Below, piece by piece: positions 40,114-53,349 of a stretch of 64,000 bases of DNA. This DNA is from Tricharina praecox (Eukaryota). Location: positions 1,674,001 through 1,738,000 of the forward strand of contig NW_026250403.1 of the NCBI RefSeq assembly GCF_024521635.1. The letters are read 5' to 3'. The position numbers and the translations under genes were made by a program. Numbering within the stretch: position 1 is the first letter of the stretch; each line of letters starts with the position of its first letter. The notes under the pieces were generated by a model. The model did not search any database. It was not told the origin of the DNA and saw nothing but the letters and a program-made list of their open reading frames with translations.

Positions 40114-40288
40114 GATGCGAAAGTTGTGGTTGGATGATCCCAGGAGGAGGGGGGCGGAAGATCGGCGGAGACGGGGGTGGGGGCGGGGAACGAGGGGCTA
40201 AGGCTGTGGTTGGAGAGGGTGGTGGGGAGCGGTGACGGTGGATGTAGTGTTCGCGATTTTTGACTGGTGTTCGCCTCGTTCGTCATCT

Positions 40289-40388
40289 CGGCAACTTGCC
40301 GCCTCAGGCGGGGAACGTCGAGATCGCGATGGTGGGGTGCCATGCATGACGTCCTCGACGTAGAACGTGAGACTGACGGAACTTGCCG
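40289..40388. promoter_or_regulatory. Two candidate Zn2Cys6-type sites in the THI6/THI20 shared promoter
   Basis: CGGCAACTTGCCG (40289-40301, palindromic CGG-N7-CCG) and CGGAACTTGCCG (40377-40388, CGG-N6-CCG). Function is inferred only. Confidence 0.35.
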
Positions 40389-40588
40389 GGTCACTTTCCT
40401 TCTCCCCTGCATCTTCTTCTCGGGACTTCGGGAACCAGAGCGACCAAAAATTGCACTCGGGCAAACACCTCAGGCTGTGGTTCATCTTTCTCCCTTTGAT
40501 ATACATTGAAGTATTACCTACAAAAGCGGACCTTGTATCGCTTGTCTTGTCTGCAATCCTCGTTCCTTCCATCTCCAACCAAAGCACA

Positions 40589-42450
40589 ATGTCTGCAGCC
40601 AAACCACCCACGGTGCTCACGATAGCTGGCAGTGATCCCTCTGGTGGAGCGGGCATCGAAGGTTCTTGACCCCGCATGGAAATATTCCGAACCCGCCAAG
40701 CTAAAAATTGGATGCGTGCATATATAGCCGACCTCAAGGTCATTACTGCGCACGGTTGTTATGGCATGACCACGATCACCGGCTTGACAGCGCAGAATAC
40801 TCTCGGGGTTCGAGATATCTTCGTCATTCCGGCCGAGTTTGTCAAGAAATCTCTCGATGCGGTGTTTGAAGACATGCCGGTCGACGTCGTCAAGACGGGC
40901 ATGTTGACGTCGGCAGCCACTATCGAGGTTGTGGCCGACGCTATGAAGCAGTGGAAAGTGGAGAAGTTGGTCCTTGATCCAGTGAGTGCCAATACATGGA
41001 GTGAAGCTGGTTTTGTCCTTGCTGAGTGTAACCCCATTTCGCAGGTCCTGATATCAACATCTGGCGCCCATTTGGTTCCGAGCGACGCTCTGGAAATGCT
41101 GAGAGAGGTTTTGCTACCGATGGCATTCATCGTGACTCCGAACCTGGCAGAGGCGCAGGTCCTGGCAGGAATTACTGAGTTTCGGGAGGTTGTCACTGTC
41201 GCGGATCTCAAGTCACTTGCCTCGCTCATCGGAACGCTGGGGCCGAAATACGTGCTGGTTAAGGGCGGCCATTCTCCGCTGATGAAGGATGGAACGCTTC
41301 CGCCACCGGGGAAGACGCCAGAGATTGTCGTCGACGTCCTGTTCGATCCGAAGACACACAAGTTTGAGATATTCGAGAAGCCGTACGTAGATAGTACGAG
41401 CACTCACGGCACCGGATGTTCGCTGGCTGCGGCTATTGCGAGCAACCTGGCGAAGGGCCAAGGGATTTCCGATGCTATCAGAGAGGCGGGGCAGTATATC
41501 TCGTGGGCGATCGAAACTGCTCCAGGCTTTGGCAGCGGAAAGGGGCCGCTGAACCACCTGCACAGCAACTACATGGTTCCTTTCGCACCGTCAGTATTGT
41601 CCAGTACGAGTGGAGAAAAATCGGCGTACTGACTTTGATAGTGGTCATTTTCTGGATTACCTCAAGGGCCACCCCAAAGTCCAAAAGGTCTGGGAGGGAT
41701 ACACCAGGCATGAGTTCATCAAGCGACTGGGTGCTGGAACCTTGACTGAAGATCAGTTTGCCTACTACCTGAGACAAGACTATCTCTTTCTGGTAGGGGT
41801 TGAATCCGTTGTTGTCGTTGAAGTTATTTGAGCTCCTGCTAAATCCGCAGACCCAATTTGCCCGCGCCCATTCTCTCGCCGGCTCCAAGGCGAACCGCAT
41901 GGAAGACACCCTCGCGGCGGCCAAGATCGTGCAACACATTTACGAAGAGTCGCGTCTGCACATCAACTACTGCGAGGGCTTCGGCATCAGCAAGGAAGAC
42001 ATCGAGGCGACCGAAGAGGACATCGCGTGCACCGCCTACACGCGTTACGTGTGAGTACACACCTCCTCCCGGTATGCATCGAGCGGTGCTGAGCAGAACA
42101 TACCGCGCAGTCTCGACATCGGCAACTCGCACGACGTACTCGCCCTACACGTCGCATTGGCGCCGTGCCTATTCGGCTACCACGAGATCGGCGCATGGCT
42201 CCTCGCGGACGCCAACACGAAGCATCACGACAATCCGTACTACAAGTGGATCCTGGTCTATGGCCAGTCCGAGTCGTATCTCAACGCCGTGCGGGAGGGC
42301 AGAGCGTTCTTGGAGAGGAAGGCGCGCGCCGCCGGCCCAGATCGCCTCGAGGAGTTGGTCGATATCTTTGCCCATGCGACGAAGATGGAGAAGGGCTTCT
42401 GGACTATGGGGTTGGAGGGCCCGGCGAGAAGGTTGGGCACCTCCGAGTGA
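40589..42450 (+). CDS. THI20: HMP/HMP-P kinase fused to a TenA (thiaminase II) domain
   Basis: Six exons: 40589-40661, 40728-40981, 41045-41589, 41642-41792, 41851-42050, 42111-42450. ThiD motifs TIAGSDPSGGAGIEAD, LTAQNT, KTGML, TPNL.EA, HGTGC. TenA motifs YLRQDYLFL, APCLFGY, NPYYKWI, EKGFW. Confidence 0.94.
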
Positions 42451-45400
42451 ATTTGCGTGAGCTGGACGTTCTTATGCGCAAAACTTGGATGTCAATCCGT
42501 TCGCCTCATCCGTACATACATAGAGGAACCAAAGAATCGGTTGCGATCTTACATAGAACTGGACGGGTGTGGATACATAGAACACCATTGATTTGTGCCG
42601 CTCCATCCAGAATCGGTGAAAGCCGTGGACCCCGTACTCTAGTCGGCCTTTCCCGATATGTAGAGTATGTAGACGGTGCTGGAACACTGGTCTCCGTCGG
42701 ACTACAAGGGACGCCGTCGGAAATAATCATCGGCACTCCACTCACTCGGTCTCAACCGACGCACTTCCATCGTCCACCCATCCCACCATCCATTCATGCA
42801 TCGTCATCACCGGCGGACGTCCAGTCCCGTCCCCGGTAATATCATAGTTGGTCGGAGGCGACAAGGACCAGCCACGAAGATCTCTTGCCACAGTAGTCTC
42901 CGCATGCGCATGCATGCTTGCATTCAGTCTTTCCCCTCGATCCCGCCATCCCATCATCCCAGCTCAACCAGCCAACCATGAGGTAAGTACCCAGCATACC
43001 TATTACCGGTACATATGATTACTATGTAGAATACCGTAGTTAAGGCTGTCCGGTGTTCGATATCCGCTACATACCTAAGACCTTTTTTGGTGCGGCGATC
43101 CGCGGACCGCAGACCGCCTCCTTCCTGTATCCCACGAAGCCGGAAAACCGGCGGGCCCGGGGCACATTGTTCGCGATTGAGTTTGTGTTTGCTTTTATGT
43201 TTGCTTTTGATGGATTGGTGGGGGTTTGGTTTGCCGTACATACCGGACATACCGCCGCTTCCTGCCCGCCGCCGCCGCATGCGGCATGCAAGGCTTGGAC
43301 TGTGGAGACCGGACGGCGGAAACTACGGTACTATCATGACAGTAACGAGAAAGCCGGTGCCTAGATAGGTACTCAAAATACCAAGCTTTGAATGCTGGGG
43401 ATTTACAGATCATGCGAAGGCGTACCTACCGTACTCCGGTACTCGTAAAGTATGTAGAGTATTGTAGAGCAGAGTAGGTAACCGGGTGCCAGGTGGTAGT
43501 TACCGAAACCCCCATGACCGTGGGGTAACTTCATACCGGCATGGGCCGAGGCTGACGCTTCCAGCTCAAGCACAAGCACGAGCTCGAGCTCGAGCTCAAG
43601 CTTTTTTCTCTTTCATTTCGGTAGTTAGATGAGCTTGAAGCTTCACCCCCATATCCAAAAAATTCCTCGATATAAAACTTATAAAACTGAGGCGTACTGG
43701 CGGCGCCGCGGGGCACTGGATGCGCTCCCGTGGAGGCCGTGGCGTATGTACCTTATGTATGCGTATATAGTACCCGAAGTAGGTATCCCGTCGACTTTAG
43801 GCAGCCGATGATCCCTATGATCCATCATTACCGGTTCTTCCATGCCCCGCCTCGCCCTGATCTGGCCTGCCCTGACGATTCGGGCGACGTTGCATCTTGG
43901 CATGGGGCTTTGGAGTACTCTACTACTCGGTACAAAGTACCTATGCGGCCCGTAATAGATACGTACTCGGCAGACATGCATTCGTATTTCGCAGCGCTGG
44001 GATAGCCTGGAGAGTTGATATGCTGGTCAAGTGATTTTTATGTGCCTGGATGTACTCTAGATCTTGGGTGAAGAAAAGAAGGCTTGCAGTACGAAACCAG
44101 AAAGAAAAACCTACACTGACCCGGGCCGAATGCGCCGGATCATCGGGGCTCGGAACCACTGGTGTGCTTCCTCCGATTGGGTGTTGACATAACCAGCCGA
44201 GGGGAATCGGGTGCCGAGCTGGCGGACCGGCAGATGTAGAGTAGGTACAGCAGGTACGGTATCTCGACCTGTACCACCCAGTCCGCCGGTTAGTTTGGTG
44301 ATGCGTGGTGGTAGTTGGTTCTGACCGTTTGGAAGCGAGTAATGGCTGGCAGAGGTTATACTGGGTGGTCCGTGCAGGACCACGGAAGCGGGTATCACAA
44401 TTATCTCGCCCAGCTGCGGCAGGCGATCGATTACCCATCACACTGGGAGAAGGGCCCTTGAATGCTGTGATCCTGAGCGGGTATAGGTGGCCGAATTCGC
44501 GGAGAACCGGGGAACCGTAGATTTCCATGTGGCGTTGGTCGATGGGGGGAGGAAGATGAAGTCCAGTAGTTATGCAGCAGTGCCGGCACTCTAGCTCGCC
44601 AGTGGTTTGCCATCCCACCGTTCGGATGCTACGATCCACTGAAGTTCACTATCGTGACGTTCAAATTCTCTTGAACACTCGCATGCTGTCCATGGGAACA
44701 TCACTCGGGACTTCCGTTTCTGGCAGTCCAGCTTCGGGGGCCGCCGAGGCGCTAGTTAACGGTCGAAGTGGCCAATGGCCGCCTCGCAAGACGGAGCCCA
44801 TCGGGATCCTCGCTTTGGTTCCACATGCGACCGCTGGGCGTGCCAGCATTCGCGCCAGCTCGTCTTGTGGCGTCACCAAAGGTGGTGGTGTTTCGAGAGT
44901 GAATGGAGAGCTAGGGAATCGCCAAGGTCTCGGTGGAGCCGGCGTTGCGATTTCCTTGGAGTCGATGGTCCGTTTAGATACCCATAGTAGGTAGGTAGGG
45001 TAAGTATCTAAATACCGGTATAGGTACCTGGTGCATACCGACGCTCCGGCAGTGCGAACACACGAATTACTACGGTACCAGTCCACGAAGCCGCCGCCCA
45101 TCTCACCTCTAGTTACCGGCGGGCCAAATCTCGTTAGAGAACACAAAGCCCGTCCCTGAGAAAGGCGGTCGTATTTCCTGTTCGGCGAACGTTTCTCGAG
45201 TACCTATTTTCCTCACCCACGTACCTACCGCCTACGTAGCTTTGCGAGCCGGGATGTGAAGTCGCCCGGCCAATCAGAGTCTCCGCCCTGCATCCTCAGT
45301 TTAGGGCTGTGGTTACACGACACGCCTCGAACCCCTCACCCATGCAGCTTGCATGATGTGATGTCGCCCGCCCTAATTCTGGTACCCGAGCTTTACCTGC

Positions 45401-45755
45401 CTACCACACTCACCCCCCCCCCCCAAACCATGGCCGTGCGCCGATGAGACTCCTTTAAGAGCCCTCTCTTTCGTTTGGCTTCTTCTTTGAACACCCTCCC
45501 ACCGTATTTGCTCGCTCTCTCGAAATAAAATAAAAATATCTCCTGGTCTATGCATCTCATTGATCCCCTACCATTATTGTCACCGAAGACCACTCGTCCC
45601 TCTTCAACTCTACTCCTCCGGCCCACCGTCGACACCATCACCGACGATAAGCTCACTGTAAATGCCTTCCCCCCCTACCTTTTGTCGCCATAACCTCACA
45701 TAGACCCCGTTGAAAGACACAACTTTCTGCTTCTCACAGAGAATCCGCTTGCACA

Positions 45756-46403
45756 ATGTCCGCAATGGCAAACAAGTCGCGACCGATCCCCCGGCCTTCC
45801 ACTCCGCGGCCGTCGACTCCACGACAGAAACATCGCGTTATGAAGCCTGCAACCGTGCAGAAGAGTCTGCCCACTCCGCGGCCCTCGCAGTCTCCTTCCC
45901 CGCACGTCTCGCGGCCATCGACGCCGGCAAACACGGTCGCCCAGAACCGCCGTCGCACCGCACCCAAGAACGTAACGTATACAAGCACTTGCGCTTCCAA
46001 CGGCCCTCAACAGCAGTCTACGGTTAACTGGGACTGCGTCTCGTATGTTGTCTCGGACCAGAAGATCCATTCCGCATACGAGAAGCCGACCATGGAGCCC
46101 GGTACAAACACCGTCACATCCTATGGTCGCATCGTCACCACTACAACCACCACAACCGTCACCACCACCATCGCCACCACTGAGATCCTACATCCGGGTG
46201 AGACTGGGTACGAGGAGTCGTTGGCGCGACAACAGGCTTTGACACTGGCTGCGCCCGAAGAGCGCCAGATGCTCGAAAAGCGATTCCAGGAGAGCAGGTC
46301 TTGGTCGGCGGGTACGAATAAGGCCGGTCACGAGATGCTGCATCAGGATCACCACCGCAGTGCAGAGCCCACCAAGGCTATTTACGACAGCATAGATGCA
46401 TGA
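45756..46403 (+). CDS. Hypothetical Pro/Thr/Arg-rich protein (215 aa)
   Basis: ATG-initiated ORF after a CT-rich leader, with a repeated PRPSTP motif and a poly-Thr run. No family recognised and the 3' structure is uncertain. Confidence 0.35.
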   Translation: MSAMANKSRPIPRPSTPRPSTPRQKHRVMKPATVQKSLPTPRPSQSPSPHVSRPSTPANTVAQNRRRTAPKNVTYTSTCASNGPQQQSTVNWDCVSYVVSDQKIHSAYEKPTMEPGTNTVTSYGRIVTTTTTTTVTTTIATTEILHPGETGYEESLARQQALTLAAPEERQMLEKRFQESRSWSAGTNKAGHEMLHQDHHRSAEPTKAIYDSIDA

Positions 46404-49400
46404 TTCATGCACTCACTTCCTTGCCATCTGATTTTTTGTTTTGGACCACGAACATGTGGACTCCTCCCCCTTACCCCCCTCCCCTTCTCCCCCCACCCGG
46501 GGCGGGACACATGGCTTTCGAGGACTTGCAGGAGCCAGGTCAGTTTCTTTTTTTTTTGCCTTGTGTGATACCTACACCTGCCGTGTGTTCCCGCCCCGCT
46601 ACATCCTCCCGGAATATTGGACCAATACAACCTGGACCCTGGAACGTGCCTGCCCGCTTGGATTTAAGTCGAGCCATTGGAATCTCCCTGGATGAGCGAT
46701 CCGCCCTCAAATGCCTGGATTGGACTGGATTGTAATGAAGAAAGAAAAAAAAGGTTGGCCGGACCTGCCATCTGTGACCGGCCCGGTCAAGGAAACAGTA
46801 AACACACCCATGTGCCTCCCGCCCATTTGGAAAGCCTGGAATTGGAACCTCCCCCTCATTGGATTGGATGGCCACTGGAAGTCGCTGCCCCTGGACGTCG
46901 CTACCCTTGGACTGCCGGATCAGGATCTGCTGGAGGACGACGAGGACTTTGCGATGCGGGAAGGTTACATAACGGCCACAGAGCGAGGCGCTTGGTGTTG
47001 TGGTGTTGTTGGACTTGTGCTTGGGGCTTTATCCGGGGTTCTGTCTTCTTTTTATCCCTTTTTTCTACTCTTTTTCTATTGACCGTTGTTTTCGTTCCTT
47101 TCTGTTTGGACTGTACCACTTGGAGGGTTTATGGAGCGGGAGTTTTGTTTTTACCACCTTTTTCCTGTTTTTGTTTTTACTTTCTGTTGTTCTCGTTGGG
47201 GGTTTACTTTCTTATCTTTTGGATTCGTGCATTCGTGGGGGAGCTAATTCAGTGTGATATGACCGGCGGCGGGTTTCAAAGAGGAATAATTGAAGTGGAA
47301 TGGGGTCGGGATTGGATTGGAGTGTTTCTCATTTCGCTTGACTTACGAATGTCTACTGAAGTACTACTCTTACCGCCGGTGGTTTCCTTCAGCTGTTGGT
47401 TCTGGTGCTTGTTCTACCGATGGACTCGCATGGTTCTGCTTGCTCTCTCTCTCTGCTCTCTCTGCTCTTTCTAGTCTACTCTACTCTACTCTGATCTTTA
47501 CCAGTATGATACCTACTACCTACGGATCATGCAATGACATAACATGACGAAGTTCTGATTCTCCAGGTTCGTGGATAAACAAAATAGTCTTCACGATGAA
47601 ATACTACTAGGTAATGGAGACACTTATTCTCGGATGTACCACCCGCATGTGACTTGTGATTAGATTACCGGTAGGCTCACCGGTAGGCTCAGGAAAGTGA
47701 GACCGGCGAGGCGAGTCGCCGTCATACCTAAGCGTGATCATCCAAGATCCAGCTGATACCGTAGGGAGCGCAAGAACCCGCACCGCACAGCACCGCACTG
47801 CAATACTGGTATCTACTGTGCATACATGCCTGCGACTTACGAATAGGGAAAAAGTTCGTGAGAACTCTACTGGTCAGTACTGTTGGATACTGTTGAGTAC
47901 TGTTGAGTATTGTTGAAGGGCGGTGTGGAAGTAGCTGGCGTGTCCGTGTCCGTGTCCGTGTCTGCGGAGCAGCCAGCCCCGCTGCCCCGGCCCTGTCGGT
48001 GGCGATGCGCATGCACCGGACAGGGAACCGAAGTATGGAGTGCCTCCCTTTGGCCAGGGCCGGCCGGCTGGCTCGATTCGATCCAGCGAGCGCACACCCC
48101 CTAGCATCCAAGCTTATCCGCCAGGCTATCATCTACACACCACCTGTAAGTACTGTATACCACCTACCCGAATAGCCATATGTTTCATTCCTATAGTGGC
48201 GCAGGGCAGTCGGTCCATCGGTCAGTCAGAGTTGGCCCGATCGGCGCCGCGCGAACTCTTGGGGCTGATTGGTGCGGCTAGGTTTCGGAACGTGCACAGC
48301 CAGCCATATACACATACGTGAGTGGACTGTAACTAACGGGGAGGTCCCAGAGATAAAGCCTAAGGGCTTGGGGTTGCACCAACGGGCGTCTTGTAGGTAC
48401 CTACAAGTGTCTGACTGGACAATGGCAGAGGCACAAGGTATCACTCGCTCGGGATAGATATCGAGCCGAAGGGATGGGATGGGGTTAAAAGAAGGTTTCG
48501 CTTCATTGCCATGATCTACCCACCTAGGTCGTATGGAATCAATTATCCAAGCGGATAAATAAAGAATCTTCCACTCCAGCGCCCACCAGGCGAATGCGAT
48601 ATCTAATAAAACTCTGGGTCGTGGCTCGTGAGGTTTAACTTCTGCCTTAGGTACCCAGATTATCGTTCAATCGTCTGGATGAGTTCCCAGATATCTCGTT
48701 CCTTCCGTCGGGTCTATGGCTCGGACTCTCGGCAGGAGGATTATTGTCCAGACGGGGTTAAGGTTTGGTAGGTGCCTGAAGACTGAAATAGTGTCGGTCT
48801 CAATGTAGCCCGTATGTGTACCTTAACTTAACTTTCGGCACTTTAGTTCCATGGCCGTGGCTATTTTGTGGTGGCTTTGGCTGGAAGTCTGGGAAGCTTA
48901 GGGTGCAGATTCGGTACATAAGTCTAAGATGGACCGATCTCCCTTGGTACCATTGTAATTTCTATGAATTATGAGAGCGCACGTGCCGGAATGTCCAGAA
49001 GTAGGTGGGAATTGTCTGGTCGGTTGAGAGTGAGGTTGGGAACGGCTCGGTACAGGCAGGAGAGTGCTCCATAGGATGCAACGGGTTCGCCCGGCCATCC
49101 GTGGCATGATGGATCTGTAAGTAGGCTTTCTTATTCGGAAGATAATGGTATTTCTTATATCGTGACTTCGGATCCCATCGAAAGAGCACGGAGTCTGGCC
49201 AACCTCCACTCAGGGAATGAACGTCCCACTAATTTTGATCCACCGGCCATACCATGGTCCATATGTAGCATTCAACCATCCGGCAATATCTTAAACCTCT
49301 GGATATAGATACCTCAACGCCCCCTCTCTCTCTCACGGCCAGTACGTTAGAGGCCTCCTTTCCCGACTCCACCGGAACATGCCGCCTTATGATTGCTCAT

Positions 49401-49918
49401 TCAGTCACCTCTTTGTGGTGATACGTACAAGTGCCTAGCAGTATCACGTTCATCTTCATCGAAACCCACTCGGCCGCACGTGCTTGATCTTCATCGGAAC
49501 CCGCTCGGCCACACGAGTGACAGCTGCAGCATGCTACGACCTGAAAGCAAGATGAATGAAATCCTCTGGCGAGAGGCGGATAAGCCTGAACAGAAGAAGG
49601 TCCGACGAAATACTCGAATTTGCTGTCTTGAGCTGCATTTTGTACCATATTGTACTATATGGTTGAGCTGTGTGCGCTTCGACACGAGTTGGAACAGCTG
49701 CAGCTCGCCCGGAGTAGTAAACAAACTGTTCCCTTCCCTTCTCACCAACTCACCTCTCTTTCTTTCTCTTTCCACTACAATTACCACTCCCTCGCTCCCC
49801 CTCTTCGATTTGAAAATCTCGCCGATATCACCGCCATCCAACCCGTCAATCTGTTGTTTGATTTCGCCCGACAGATATGTGCCTGACTGCCCCCGCTGAC
49901 GAGCTGCAAGACCACAAT

Positions 49919-52900
49919 ATGTCTGCTTTGGCATCGCCGCACGACGAGTCGCCGGCTCATACGCCGCTTCCAGTTTCAGCATCCCCGCATGCCGACTCGC
50001 CCGCTCATACGAAGTACCCTGCGAGGACATCTTCGCGCACTGAATCGCACGCTCATACGGTGCATGCTGTTGCAGCATACTCGCCCGCTGAGTCGCCCGC
50101 TGAGTCGTCCTCTGAGTCGTCCTCTGAGTCGCCTGCTGAGTCGCCCGCTCATACTCCGCTCCCCAATCCAGCATCCCCGCTCGCTGAGTCGTCTGCTCAT
50201 ACGGCGCATCCTGTCTCGGCACACTCGCACGCTGAGTCGCCCTCTCATAAGCCCCACCCTACTTCGACATCGCCGCTCGCTAAGTCGCCTGGCCTTACCC
50301 CACTCCCCGCCTCGACACCAAACAAGTCGGCTGAACGACCATTCTCTACTCTTCCTCTTCCTGTCACAGTTGGCCCCTTTCATCCACCCCTTCTGCGTCG
50401 TCCCTCCACTACAACTTCGCTCACTCCCCTCACTACTCCATCTCTCTCCCACCCCGTGGTTACACATTCGAATACTCATCACCACAGTCGCACTCAGTCG
50501 CTCAGCTTTGCAAACGTCGCCGACTTTGTTTCGCAAAAGAAAAAGAGACTATCACTCAGCATGACTAAGATGAGCAACAAGCAGAAAAAGAAGAAGGAGG
50601 AGGACCCCAAGGCCGATACACCGGCGTTCACGATGCACCCGGGAACACCTGTTCGCTACGATCAGACGAAAGACAATGAAGATTCCCTCCTTGAGCAGGA
50701 TCCGAGGCTAAAGTCGATGACACCGTTTCAGAGATTGGCCGCCGGCGTTCTCCCAAAAGGATCTCCCGGCAGACCGGTGACTCCGCCAGACCCATTCGCT
50801 CCTTCCGCGAGTACCTCACCTCCCTCCTGCCCCACGAGACCTCCTCCTCCCCCTCCTGTTACGCCCACCAGAGCTCTGAGGAACATGCCGCACGCTCCGA
50901 CTGCGCCGTTCCGTCCGACTCCCGCCCCGAGGGTTGAACAAGAGAGTGAAGGTTCCAAAGGTACCGATGAATTGCCTCAGCAGAAGAGAGACCTGGCCGC
51001 CCAGCGCGGACCTATAGGCACTGGACATCGTCGGGCTCGAGCCCAGACAATCAACGAGTATCCGAGTACCGCTAGCCAGGTTGCTCCGAGAAGTAATTCG
51101 ACCAACCATATCGAGAATGCGACGAGTTCCCCCATGAAGATGCTTGGAAGAGTGTTTGGTGGACGCTCCACCACCCCCGCTGCACCTGCTCGCCCTCCGA
51201 AGCCGGAGACTCCAGACAGACCTCCCGTCAAGATTATCAGGTCCCCGATGAATGATGACTCGAGACGGGTGGCGCATTTCGGATATGCGGATATGATGGC
51301 GGCTGGTGGAGATGTTAGCAGCATCGCGGCGATCCCCAAGTTCCAGGAATCCAGCGGCCAACAGGCAAATGCCCGATATACGAAGATGATGGACGGCCTC
51401 AAGTCCGATAGCGAGAGGAAGGCTGAAGAGCTCGAGATTTTGAAGGCGGCATTCGCTAAGATTGCTACCGATCTCAAAGCGGATGCGGAGAGGAAGGACC
51501 AGGAGATCACGGCATTGAAGGCTGCTGTTGCCGCTTTGAGTGTCGGAAAGGTAATAACAGTCACCCGATGGTCTTATGGCAATCTATTAACTCAAAATCT
51601 AGGTCACCACAGTCGCGAAATCGACCTGGGAGATGCTCGAATCCAAAGGTCTGCTGAAGAACATCCTCGGAAGGGTGAGGATTTCTCTCTCGAAAGCTGC
51701 TATGGTGCACAACTAATACATGAGAGCAGCTGGCAAAGAAGGACCTGTGTAGCCTGACTAGGGTCTCGAAGTACATGAAGAGTGTGGCAGAGCCTGTCCT
51801 CTACAAGGAGCTCGACTTTTCGCCGAAGCTCCCCCACGAATTTTCGTATGCGTACCTCACGTTTAGACTCACGAAGCTTCTACGTGCTGGAAATGGCCCC
51901 AAGCTGGCGAAGTACACCACGTACTTCAGAGTCGGATCCGGTTGGCAGGAGAACGCCATAATTTACTTGGACTCATCCAATCCCAAAGAGCCGGCGCGGC
52001 CACTAACCAGCCCGAAGAATATCAAAGACGGAGAGCTTGAATGGTCCATGGAGAGACTCAAGGCGCTTTTGGACAATGAAGGAGTCCAGGGAGGAGATGG
52101 CGGGGCCAAAGAAGCCAAGGCTTACATGAATGCAGTTCTTAACTTTACGGAGGAAGTTGAGACTTTGATCTGGGACTCGCCGATCCCATTGAAGATCAAC
52201 AACAATGGTATTCCGTTCAAGCTGGTGGAACTGAAGACCTTGAAGATGAACCTCGGAACTCCCACTACGTTGCCTTCCAGGGAGCCAGGCAAGGAGGCGC
52301 CGAAGCTGTACTCGTACCGACCGAACATCAGTTTCCTGAGATTCTGCTGTTTGGTTACGTTGAATCTCTACAACATTGCGACCAGAGATAGTTGTTGGTG
52401 GTCGCACATCTACCTTTTCGTCAGCCGTATGGCTTCAAGCCTACGCCACCTCACGTTGGAGATGTGTCCGATAGAGGACATTACGGCGGTGCGTTTCCCT
52501 CAACTGTTCGTTCCAGGGCAAGACCTCGATGGTTTGAGGAACCCAGTCCACATTGGATGGGATAACCGGTTCAGCGTTGCTGGTGGAAAGGGTCTTCGCA
52601 TTGAGACCCTTCAACTCCGTGGCTTCATCGTCAGTGAAGACACATTCGACGATGTTCTGGATCCGGAGGTGCTGCGTACCGTCAAGTTGTTTGGCTGTAT
52701 GCGAATGAAGGAGTGGGAGATGAGCAATGCTCATGCTCGCCACATCAAGAATTTCGAGACTGATGGTTGGGGATTTCTCGGCTCCGCCCTGCGTATCGCC
52801 AAGCACGATCCCAAAGAGATCGTTTTCACGCCGACGGAGACCAGGCCCATGGAAGAAGCCCTGGGAGAACTCGTCAAGCGCAGCATGACGATCAGCAAGC

Positions 52901-53349
52901 TCAAGCTTTCCGCTGTCTGCTTCGTGGAGACCGATGCGATCAAGGTCTTCGTGGGTTCCGGAAACGGTGTTAGGCATCTCGAGATCGCCCTCAAGAGGGA
53001 GCAGTGGGACCACTTCGTCTGGAACCTGCACAACCTTCGCCACATCGTTCATGTGACGGTGTTTGTGGACGAGGGTGGCAAGAAGCCGACGAAGGGGCAC
53101 CGCAAGCGCTACCCCGCCGACGATGCCGAGGAGATGGTCACTACAATGGGCCCCAAGACCTTGCGCGAGGTGGGAGTCGGAGGTCACGTCTGGGCCATCA
53201 AGTGGGTCAACAAGGAGAAGTTCAAGCTGGTGAAGATCCAGTCTGTCCCGGCCAACCTCTCCCGCCAGGACTTGGCCGGCGCTACAAAGTTCCTAAATAG
53301 TGGAGCCAAGCTGGTTGACGTCCGGAGAAAGGTGAAGACCACCAAGTAA
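49919..53349 (+). CDS. Large F-box protein with a low-complexity repeat N-terminus and an LRR-like C-terminus
   Basis: Introns 51551-51602 and about 51674-51728 join the 626-aa and 524-aa ORFs in frame. The junction gives LLKNILGRLAKKDLCSLTRVSKYMKSVAEPVLYKEL (F-box-like), followed by L..L.L repeats. An alternative ATG is at 49877. Confidence 0.75.
49930..50310 (+). repeat. Coding tandem repeats (about 51-bp SP.AESPAHT units and 12-bp AESP/SESS units)
   Basis: GAGTCGCCCGCTCATAC-like units recur; 12-bp units lie at about 50080-50150. Confidence 0.85.

Noticed and set aside
40114-40730. TPP riboswitch near THI6/THI20 (also looked for around the CNT gene)
   Set aside because: I saw no CTGAGA...GAACTTGATC..GATAATACC.GCG aptamer core on either strand. 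An Infernal RF00059 scan would be decisive.
46677-47474. 265-aa hydrophobic ORF (also 4533-5132)
   Set aside because: The Phe/Leu richness comes from T-rich 3'-UTR-like sequence, and both have non-ATG starts.
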